From Squalus acanthias (lineage: Eukaryota), in contig CM059425.1 of assembly GCA_030390025.1 (NCBI GenBank), positions 164,426,001 to 164,490,000 of the forward strand: DNA of 64,000 nt. The letters run 5' to 3'. The notes under the pieces are model-generated. The model was not told where the DNA came from and searched no databases. It was given only the letters and a program-made list of their open reading frames with translations. Below, in pieces: positions 1 through 11,300 of the stretch. Numbering within the stretch: position 1 is the stretch's first letter; every line of letters starts with the position of its first letter. A program made the position numbers and the translations under genes.

Positions 1-1704
1 GGAGTCAGTGGGCTTGTAGTGAATGTTAGTCAATAACCTATCCCCAGAGATGGAGACGGAGAAGTCGAGGAAGGGAAGGGAAGAGTCGGAGATGGACCAT
101 GTGAAGGTGAGGGAAGGGTGGAAATTGGAAGCATAGTGAATGAAATGTTCTAGTTCAGGGCGAGAGCAGGAGACGGCACCGATACAGTCATCAATGTACC
201 GGAAAAAGAGGTGAGGGCGGGGACCCGAGTAGGACTGGAACAAAGAGTGTTCCACATATCCCACGAAAAGGCAGGCATAGCTAGGACCCATGTGGGTACC
301 CATAGCAACACCTTTAATTTGGAGGAAATGGGTGGAGTCAAAGGAGAAGTTGTTCAATGTGAGAACAAGTTCAGCCAGGCGGAGGAGGGTGGTAGTGGAT
401 GGGGACTGGTTGGGCCTCTATTCAAGGAAGAAGCGGAGCACCCTCAAGCCATCCTGGTGGGGGCCTGGACTACACTTCCTCCCACCCCGCCTCCTGTAAG
501 GACTCTCTTCCATTCTCCCAGTTTCTCCGTCTCCGCCGCATCTGCTCTGATGATGCCACCTTCCATACCAGTGCTTCCGACATGTCTTCCTTTTTCCTCA
601 ACCGAGGATTCCCCTCTACCGTGGTCGACACGGCCCTCGACCGTGTCCGTTCTATCTCCCGCACTTCTGCCCTCACCCCTGCTGCCCCCCCGCTCCCGGA
701 ACCACGATAGAGTTCCCCTTGTCCTCACCTTTCACCCCACCAGCCTCCACATTCAACGGATCATCCTCCGCCATTTCCGCCACCTCCAGTGTGATCCCAC
801 CACCAAACGCATCTTCCCCTCACCTCCCCTTTCAGCATTCCGCAGGGACCGCTCCCTCCACGACACCCTAGTCCACTCCTCTACCACCCCCAGCACCCCT
901 TCCCCTTCGCCCGGCACCTTCCCATGCAAGCGCAGGAGATGCAACACATGTCCTTATACCTCCCCTCTTCCCACTGTCCAGGGCCCCAAACACCCCTTCC
1001 AGGTGAAACAGCAATTTACTTGTACTTCCTGCAATTTAGTATACTGTATTTACTGCTCACGATGTGGTCTCCTCTACATTGGGGAGACCAAACGCAGATT
1101 GGGTGACCGCTTTGCGGAACACCTCCGTTCAGTCCGTAAGGGGGACCCCGAGCTCCCGGTCGCCTTTCACTTTAATTCTCCGCTCCACTCCCACTCTGAC
1201 CTCACTTTATCGGCCTATTACACTGTTCCACGGAAGCGCAGCGTAAGCTCGAGGAACAGCACCTCATCTTTCGTTTAGGCACGCTACAGCCCTCTGGACT
1301 CAATATCGAGTTCAACAATTTTAGATCATAACCTCAGCCCCTATCACATTTATATTTTATTTTTTCATCCATCCTTTTGTTTGCCCCCCCCCCCGCCTTT
1401 TTTTCCCCTCCTAGAAGCTGGCAGCTGTCCTTCATTCTGCCAGTGCATTTCACACTTCTTTTAGCCTCAACCTGTCACATTAACACCACCTCTTGCCTTG
1501 ATCATCTCTTAATGTCTCCTAATCTCTCCTTTTGTTCTTTCATCCCCTCCCCCTTTTCCCAGCTTTATCCTTGCCTTAAATCTATTTCATTTCCTGCTAT
1601 TTCCAGTTCTGACGAAATGTTTTCGACCTGAAACATTAACTCTGTTTCTCTCTCCACGGATGCTACCTGGCCTGCTGAGTTTTTCCAGCATTTTCTGTTG
1701 TTAT
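1..1704. mobile_element. Penelope-like element, family P1, internally inverted: RT fragment on - (1..~463) joined to RT C-terminus + GIY-YIG + 3' end on +
   Basis: C..C..C and LVYCIYCSRCGLLYIGETKRRLGDRFAEH (GIY-YIG) in ORF 211..1278; junction ggtgggggc/ctggactac; host resumes at gcagggttaa 1705. Confidence 0.9.
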
Positions 1705-2197
1705 GCAGGGTTAATATAGTTTTGCACAAGTTCCAGTTTCCAGATTTTGTAAATTTAATGGTTAAACTCAGCTCCATTTAGACAAAATGGCCTCTCATTA
1801 TTTCTCTTTCGTACTGAGGTACTGACTATTATTCTTCAATTGCACATTGGTTCTCTCTCTGATTTCCAATGTCAACGGCGATGTTTTATGGAAATGTAAA
1901 GTACAGGTCTAACTAAACCCATCAGAAGGACGGAACTGTGTGAGATTATTCACCACTCTCTCTTGCATGTTCCAGAAGTGGGATTGACAGACGTCACCTC
2001 CCCATCCTTTCCATTGGATAACATGACATGTGAGAACCTAAAGGGAGGGAAGGAAAATTGTGCAGTTAAAGGCCATTGCTACTAATGTAGTTCCTTCTGA
2101 ATTAGTGCTTCAATATTGAGGATTTGAGGCCTTTGTATATGTGTTCTTGAAATATCTTTGAGATGGTTTAACTACATTTATCGTATTGTTATTACAG

Positions 2198-2323
2198 AGT
2201 ATGGCAGAAGGTGACATCCTGGATACTCTGTCAGCAGACTTTGTCAGCAGCTCTCCAGCTCAAATTTCAAAATGCTCAGTTGAAACTTCTCGTGCTGCAC
2301 CACCGCTCTCTATGCAGGAAGAG
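2198..2323 (+). CDS. CAST: CAST exon C1 (subdomain C): SMAEGDILDTLSADFVSSSPAQISKCSVETSRAAPPLSMQEE
   Basis: ttattacag|...GAG|gtatgg, 126 nt, phase 0. Confidence 0.9.
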
Positions 2324-5300
2324 GTATGGCTCCTATCATAAACTGTTAGAGACTGAAGGTGGAGAGGGTTGGGAATTCTTCGGGCCACTTCCTCTGTAAA
2401 TCACATGACCAGTCAGAGCACATGGTTTACAGAGAATAATAAGGAAAGAAATAGGGTAGATTTTGAAACTGTGTTTAACAGTGTAAAACGGGTGGTAGTG
2501 AATCGCCAGCCCGCTTTACATCGTTCACTATTTTTGATTTCCTTTGACTTCAATGGAAATCAAAATCGGGAGAGGTGTTAAACAGGCTGCTAATTCACAA
2601 CCACCCATTTTACAGTATCGCACAAAGACAAAATCTACCCAAAGACTCTACAATGCCAACCTTAGTCATTTAGTTATAAAGGTGCAATTTTTTTCAGTAG
2701 CAGCAGCAAAATATATTTTGTAAATTATGCTTTTTTTCTGTGGATTTTTTACCCTCCAATCAGATCACACATTTCCTCAGGCCGATTTCACCCCATTTCT
2801 CCTCTTAGATATCTCTGAGGCCAGAAATTAATTGGGAACGGCCTCCTCCTAGATTCATACCACCAGCACTGTTAGTTCATCGGAGAGGGGCACAGCAGGG
2901 AGCCAATGATGACACGCTTACTGTTCCTCTCACTTTGCTTGGTACAAACCCGGCAGTTAAACAGAGATTGCACCCACGGGGCCACCTTCCAGTTCTGACC
3001 CTGGCGGAGATTATAGGGAGTTAGCTTGATTAGCATTGGACCAGCGATCACCTGCAGCAGTACAGCTGGATCTCAGGCACCCACCTCCCCCGTGCTGCTG
3101 TAAACTGTTGTCTGCCAGCTGCCTTCACCCCAAATAATGGGGGCCAATAGATAAATTTGATAATGTTCTGTCCACCTCTTTGGAGGTCCTGTCCACTTCT
3201 CTACCCTGTATTGTTTTCCTCCAATGGTGCCCAATCCTGTCCTTCTGCAGGCCAGAATGACTCCAGTTGGCAGTCTTAAAGCGGGCCATATATGTGCCGG
3301 GGAAGTGTGAACTCACAGCATGGGCACTCCTTGCTCCAGCCTTGCTCCGGCTGACATAACTCGCTTTTTTGGGAGTGGCCAACTGCTCCGTCCCTGATAA
3401 GGCAAAGTGGAAATTTTCATTCGAGGTCAGGACACGGCATATCCAAATCCATACGCAAAATATGCCTTAATCACGTATTTACGTTTCAGATGTTTTCAAG
3501 CTTTCCCTACTTGAGGTGATCAAGTACAGTGGCATCTTTGGTCTCAATGACAACAGATTGGATTTAACTAGATTGTACTTGTGAAGACATCTAGCACTCA
3601 TTCTAATCACAAGTTATGCGAAATGAATGTTGTCTTGCCAGCATCAGAATGGGATAATGATGCTCCTACCGCAGTATGAAGCAAAATAAGTGAAGGAGAG
3701 ATTCACAGCTCTTCACTTGAATTCACTGAAGCCATTTTTGCAGCTGAGGCATGAAGTAAAGTGTGGAGGCAGTGAGTTGGGAACAAGATTGGGACTAGAA
3801 GTGGAATGGGAATTTAAAATATCAAATTGCGACTTTCGGACCTGCCAGAATATAAGGAATGTTAGCTAATTCCTTTACCACCGTCGCAAGTGTATTTCGT
3901 TTAAAAATAAGAGCTTGAGTTTGTTCTGCCCAAATGGAGAAGCCAACATCAAAATCTGAGGCAATTGTGGGGTTTGCAGTTTTTTCAAATCAGGTCAGCA
4001 AACTATCTAAAAGCATGATGCGGAGATGCCGGCATTGGACTGGGGTGGACAAAAACGAGAAGTCGCACAACACCAGGTTATAGTCCAACAGATTTATTTA
4101 AAATTACAAGCTTTCGGAACCATCCTGCCCCTTCTTCAGGTGGAGTTACTGTGAGAGGATCTACCAGAATTCACAGAATATAAACACAGAGAAAATGCAG
4201 AGATTCAATCTTTCCCTACATCAAAGACACACTAAGAGCACAGCCAAGACAATGAGATGTGTCCCAGGGGGTCCAACGTGTCAAAACACCTGCTGGCAGC
4301 ATATCCTCTCCATTTGGGTTTGTTTCTTGTGTTTGTTTGTTTTTTTAAAAAAGCTGGAAAGACAGGCAACGATGTCAAGTCACGTTCTGTAGCGTGACAT
4401 GAACCCGATATCCCGATTGAGGCCGTCCTCATGAGTGCGGAACTTGGCTATCAGTTTCTGCTCGATGATTTTGCGTTGTCGTGTATCCCGAAGGCCGCCT
4501 TGGAGAACACTAACCCGCAGATCCGAGGCTGAATGCCCTTGACTGCTGAAGTGTTCCCCGACTGGGAGGCAACCATCCTGCCTGGCGATTGTTGCGCGGT
4601 GTCCGTTCATACGTTGTCTCAGTGTCTGCATGGTCTTGCCGATGTACCATGCTCTGGGGCATCCTTTACTGCAACGTAAAGGATGCCCCAGAGCATGGTA
4701 CATCGGCGAGACCATGCAGACACTGAGACAACGTATGAACGGACACTGCGCAACAATCGCCAGGCAGGATGGTTGCCTCCCAGTCGGGGAATACTTCAGC
4801 AGTCAAGGGCATTCAGCCTCGGATCTGCGGGTTAGTGTTCTCCAAGGCGGCCTTCGGGATACACGACAACGCAAAATCATCGAGCAGAAACTGATAGCCA
4901 AGTTCCGCACTCATGAGGACGGCCTCAATCGGGATATCGGGTTCATGTCACGCTACAGAACGTGACTTGACATTGTTGCCTGTCTTTCCAGCTTTTTAAA
5001 AAAACAAACACAAGAAACAAACACAAGAAACAAACCCAAATGGAGAGGATATGCAGCCAGCAGGTGTTTTGACACATTGGACCCCCTGGGACACATCTCA
5101 TTGTCTTGGCTGTGCTCTTAGTGTGTCTTTGATGTAGGGAAAGATTGAAACTCTGCATTTTCTCTGTGTTTATATTCTGTGAATTCTGGTAGATCCTCTC
5201 ACAGTAACTCTACCTGAAGAAGGGGCAGGATGGTTCCGAAAGCTTGTAATTTTAAATAAATCTGTTGGACTATAACCTGGTGTTGTGCACTTCTCGTTTG

Positions 5301-8300
5301 TATCTAAAAGCAAGTATTCAGTGTAAGGAGAGTTGGAAAATATTCTGACTTTATAAGTTGTACTATACTTGCAACAGAAAACTCCTGCACTATGTGCTTG
5401 TAGAATAATAAAAATTGCTGGCCAGTTTAATCTTAATAAAGTTGTGTAAAAACAATCAAAGCAATTAGTAACTTTCAAAGTCCGTGCTGTAAACCACAGT
5501 GGTTTACAGATTGCAGTAAATCCCCTTCCCTTCAGATTAGTCAAATAGTTGACATCTTATTCCATTTAACAGAGTTCTGAAGGATATTGCTTGTGTGCTG
5601 GATCTCAAATTTAATTTAAGTTTACAACTGATATAATATCCCATTGAAGATCTTCCAGTAAAGGTGGTAGAAATTGTTGTGGAAACCTGGTGTAGCCGAG
5701 GACGAACAAGTGAAACTGAAATAATAATTGAAATGATCATTTCTGTCTTACGAAGGTACCTGTGAAAGTTTCTACAGCTGCCTCAGTTTCTTCAAGTCAA
5801 AGTGATGCTAAGGTAAGTGAAAAAAGAGTAAAATGTGAAATACATGGCAACTGTCAATGACAGTAAAGGAACTGCACAAACAAACCGATTTAGGACACCT
5901 TCGCAGATCATTCATCAAATGTCTTTCAGATATCAAAACAGAGCAGTTCTTTACTCGATTATCCCAACCTGTATTTCTCATATTCCCAAAATTCATCCTT
6001 CAATTCAGCAAAATACGAACATACGAATTAGGAGCAGGAGTAGGCCATTCGGCCCTTCGAGCCTGCTCCGCCATTCAATAAGATCATGGCTGATCCGATT
6101 ACTCCACATTCCCACCTACCCCCGATAACTTTTCACCCCCTTGCTTACCAAGAATCTATCTACCTCTGCCTTAAAAATATTCAAAGACTCTGCTTCCACC
6201 GCCCTCTGAGGAAGAGAGTTCCAAAGACTCACGACCCTCTGTGAGAAAAAATTTCTCCTCATCTCTGTCTTAAATGGGCGACCCCTTATTTTTAAACAGT
6301 GACCCCCTACTTCTAGATTCTCCCACAAGAGGAAACATCCTCTCCACATCCACCCTTTCCAGACCCCTCAGGATCTTATATGTTTCAATCAAGTCACCTC
6401 TTACTCTGCTAAACTCCAGCGGATACAAGCCTAGCCTGTCCAACCTTACCTCAAAAGACAACCCGCCCATTCCAGGTGTTAGTCTAGTAAACCTTCTCTG
6501 AACTGCTTCCAACGCATTTACATCCTTCCTTTAAATAAGGAGACCAATACTGTACACAGTACTCCAGAAGTGGTCTCACCAATGCCCTGTATAACTGAAG
6601 CATAACCTCCCTACTTTTGTATTCAGTTCCCCTCGCAATAAACAATAACATTCTATTAGCTTTCCTAATTACTTGCTGTACCTGCATAGTAACCTTTTGT
6701 GATTCATGCACTGGGGCACCCAGATCCCTCTGCATCTCAGAGCTCTGCAATCTCTCACCATTTAGATAATATGCTTCTTTTTTATTCTTCCTGTCAAAAT
6801 GGACAACTTCACATTTTCCCACATTATTTTCCATTTGCCAGATCTTTGCCCACTCACTTAACCTATCTATATCCCTTTGTAGCCTCCTTATGTCCTCTTC
6901 ACAATTTACTTTCCTACCTATCTTTGTGTCATCAGCAAATTTAGCAACCATACCTTCGGTCCCTTCATCTAAGTCATTTATATAAATTGTAAAAAGTTGA
7001 GGCCCCAGCACTGATCCCTCGTTACATCTTGCCAATTAGAAAATTACCCATTTATGCCTACTCTCTGTTTCCTGTTAGCTAGCCAATCTTCTATCCATGC
7101 CAATATGTTACCCCCTACACCATGAGCTTTTATTTTCTGCAATAACCTTTGACGTGGCACCTTATCAAATGCCTTCTGGAAATCTAAGTACAGTACATCC
7201 ACCGGTTCCCCTTTATCTACAGCACATGTTACTTCCTCAAAGAACTCCAATAAATCTCCTCCCTTTTTGAATAAAGGAGTTACATTCGCTATTTTCCAAT
7301 CTAATGGAACCTTCCCGAATCTAGGGAATTTTGGAAAATTAAAACCAACGCATCAACTATCTCACTAGCCACTTCTTTTAAGACCCTAGGATGAAGTCCA
7401 TCAGGACCCGGGGACTTGTCAGCCCGCAGCTCCAACAATTTGCTCAGTACCACTTCCCTGGTGATTATAATTTTCTTGAGTTCCTCCCTCCCTTCCATTT
7501 CCTGATTTACAGCTATTTCTGGGATGTTACTTATATCCTCTATAGTGAAGACCAATGCAAAATACCTGTTCAATTTAACTGCCACCTCCTTATTTTCCAT
7601 TATTAATTCCCCAGACTCACTTTCTATAGGACCAACGCTCACTTTGTTAACTCTTTTTTCTTTTTAAAATATCTATAGAAACTCTTAGTATCTGTTTGTT
7701 TTTATATTTCTAGCTAGCTTTCTCTCGTACTCTAATATTTCTCTCCCTATTAATCTTTTAGTCATTCTTTGCTGTTTTTTATATTCTGTCCAATCTTCTG
7801 ACCTGCCACCCATCTTTGCGCAATTATATGCTTTTTCTTTAAGTTTAATACTATCTTTAACTTTTTTAGTTAACCACGGATGGTGGGTCCTCCCCTTGGA
7901 ATTTTTCTTTCTTGTTGGAATGTATATATTCTGTGTATTTTGAAATATCCCCTTAAATGTCTGCCACTGCAACTCTATTGACCTATCCCTTAACCTAATT
8001 TGCCAGTTCACTTTAGCTAGCTCTGCTTTTATGCCCACATAATTGCCCTTATTTAAGTTTAAAATACTAGTCTTGGACCCACTCTTCTCTCTCTCAAACT
8101 GAATGTAAAATTCAATCATATTATGATCGCTGCTACCTCGGGTCGCCTTCACTATGAGGTCATTAATTAATCCTATCTTGTTGCACAATACCAGGTCTAG
8201 TATAGCCTGCTCTCTGGTTGGCTCCAGAACGTGCTGTCGTAAGAAACTATCCCGAAAACATTCCATGAACTCCTCATCTATGCTACCTTTGACCATCTGA

Positions 8301-11300
8301 TTTTTCCAGTCTATATGCAGATTAAAATCCCCCATGATTATTGTCGTACCCTTCTGACAAGCTCCCATTATTTCTTCCTTTATACTCCATCCTACCATGT
8401 GGTTACTGTTAGGGGGCCTGTACACCACTCCCACAAGTGACTTCTTGCCTTTATTATTTCTCATCTCTACCCAAACCGCTTCTACATCCTGGTTTGCTGA
8501 ACTTGGGTCATCCCTCTCTATTGGGCTAATACCATCATTAATTAACAGAGCCACCGCTCCACCTTTTCCCACCTTCCAGTCCTTCCTAAATATCATGTAC
8601 CCTTCAATTTTCAGGTCCCAATCTATGTCATCCTGCAGCCATGTTTCTGTAATGGCTATCAGATCATATTTATTTATTTCTATTTGCACTGTCAGTTCAC
8701 CTGTTTTGTTTCGAATGCTACGTACATTCAGACACAAAATCATCTCATACTTTAGCCAAATCCAGGCTGCAGGAATAATCCCATCACACCCTTCCAGAAG
8801 CAGACCAAACTCTCAACAATGCTTCCAGTCTTTTATTCCAAACATCATCACAACTGTCTGAACTTTGCCTGCACCGTGCTTCCCCACATGTGTGAAAAAC
8901 AAACTAATTCACAAAAACAGATTTTAAATTCACCAATCAGTGATTGTAGAAACTAAAGTCATAATTATCCCACTTCACACTCCCAGTGTCGAGGCTGCCC
9001 TCCAGGAGGAGGAAGTCGGGAAATTACCGCTTCAGTGGAAGCAGCAGTTGCTTGGGTTGTTTCAGTAACATATTTCACCGCTGTCAGAATATGTTTCCGC
9101 TGAGGTTTGTCACAGATTGAAAAAATGTCTTTTATCTTTTTAAAGGGTAAAGATGCCGTTGACCTTCTTTCAGAAATGCTCCCATCAGAAGCACCAGACA
9201 ATTCAGCTCCTAAATACACTGGTCCTGCTGTGAAGGTACAAATGAAAATTGTCTCCTAATACTTTCAGTCTTTGAATAAGATTCCTGTTACTGCATCGTA
9301 TGTTGTTCGGTTTCTTTGTAGAGCTGATATACATCTGTACACATGAAATCAGTCTGTTGGTAACGCTGTCCTGTCCCCAGTCCAAACAACAACAACTTGC
9401 ATTGATGTACTGCACTTAACGTAGTAAAATGTCCCAAGGTGCTTCACAGGAGTGTTTTCAACTAAATTTGACACCGAGCCACCAAAGGAGATATTAGGGC
9501 AGGTGACCAAAAGCCTGTTGAAAGAGGTAGATTTTAAGGAGCGTCTTTAAGGAGGTAGAGAGGCAGAGAGGCTGAGAGAAGGAATTCCAGAGCCTTCTCT
9601 GTCAACTGCTATAGGCTTTTACAGGCAGCTTTTTCAGTGTCTTGAATCATTTGATAAATGTTGATTTGATTCACTTAACTCCAATTATCATTTTACTGAA
9701 GCACAGAATATGGACATTCAATCTTAATATTTATGTGAATTTTGGTTTTGAATAATTATATTTCTCATATTTTCAGGAATCAGATGCTACTAAGAAGAAA
9801 GCTGAACGAGTGGGAGAAACTGAAGGATCTATCCCACCTGATTACAGATTTAAAGAGCAACCTGATCCGAAGGTTCGATCCAACAATCACTTTGAGCCAA
9901 GTCAATAATTGTTTCAATAATTTTGTATTTTCAAAATGTATCCATGTAGAACATCGAGAAATAATTCTACAACAGTCTAATGTAAAAAACAAACACTTAG
10001 ATAATGTTGTTGCAATAGTAGAAATGATTCTGATATCATAGGTCCTAATGAATCTGACAGAGAATTACAAGAGAGAAATTGCTGAATAATTAAAACTGAA
10101 ATCAGTGCACACCAATACCCTCCATTGATTAATCCTGCTGCATAATAACTAAATGCCTTTGCAGTTCAACTTATTGATCAACTGAGGTTCACACAGTCGT
10201 CATGCATCAATGCGCTCTAGAATGCTGAAGTATTTTGCCATATTTATGGCACAGTGTCCGCCATGGTCAGTTGGTAGCTCCCTTGCCTCTGAATCAGAAG
10301 CTTGTGGGTTCAGGTCGCACTCCAGGGACTTTATAGATATGTGAAGAGAAAAAGATTAGTGAAGTCAAGCGTAGGTCCCTTGCAGTCAGAATCAGGGGAA
10401 TTTATAATGGGAACAAAGAAATGGCAGATCAATTAAATACATACTTTGGTTCTGTCTTCACAAAGGAGGACACAAATAACCTCCCAGAGATGTCGGGGAA
10501 CATAGGGTCTAATGAGAGGGAGGAACTGAAAGAAATCAGTATTTGTAGGGAAATAGTGTTAGGGAAATGACGGGATTGAAGGCCGATAAATCCCCAGGGC
10601 CTGATAATCTACATCCTAGGGTACTTAAGGAAGTGGCCCTAGAAATAGTAGATGCATTGCTGGTCATCTTCCAAAATTCTATAGACTCTGGAACAGTACC
10701 CATGGATTGGAGGGTAGCTAATGTTACCCCACTATTCAAAAAAGGTGGTAGAGAGAAAACGGGGAATTATAGACCGGTAAGCCTGACATCGGTAGTGGGG
10801 AAAATGCTAGAGTCCATTTTAAATGATGCAAAAGCAGAGCACTTGGAAAACAGTGACATGATCGGACAAAGTCAGCATGGATTTACAAAAGGTAAATCGT
10901 GCTTAACTAATCTACTGGAATTTTTTGAGGATGTAACTGGTAAAATAGATAAGGGAGAACCAGTGGATGTGGTGTATTTGGACTTTCAGAAGGCTTTCGA
11001 TAAGGTCCCGCATAAGAGATTAGTGTGTAAAGTTAAGGCACATGGGATTGGGGGCAAGGTATTGACTTGGATAGAGAACTGGTTGGCAGACAGAAAGCAA
11101 AGAGTTGGAATAAATGGGTCTTTTTCCGAGTGGCAGGCAGTGGCTAGCGGTGTACCGCAGGGATCGGTCCTAGGACCCCAGCTATTCACAATATATATTA
11201 ATGATCTAGACGAGGAAATTAGATGTAATATCTCCAACTTTGCAGATGACACAAAGCTGGGTGGGAGTGTGTGCCATGAGGAGGATGCCGATAAACTCCA

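Larger units (their letters stand above)
4016..5300. mobile_element. Penelope-like element, family P2, fold-back palindrome of the 3' end (two ~620-bp inverted arms)
   Basis: Mirror ORFs 4380..4715(-) and 4630..4965(+) WYIGETMQTLRQRMNGH; centre tttac-tgcaac-gtaaa at 4665-4680; 12-bp TSD tatctaaaagca at 4004-4015 and 5301-5312. Confidence 0.93.

Noticed and set aside
2760..3450. GC-richer stretch in the C-L intron as an extra exon or transposon
   Set aside because: Indels between copies, no consistent exon frame, no clear TIR/TSD; left unannotated
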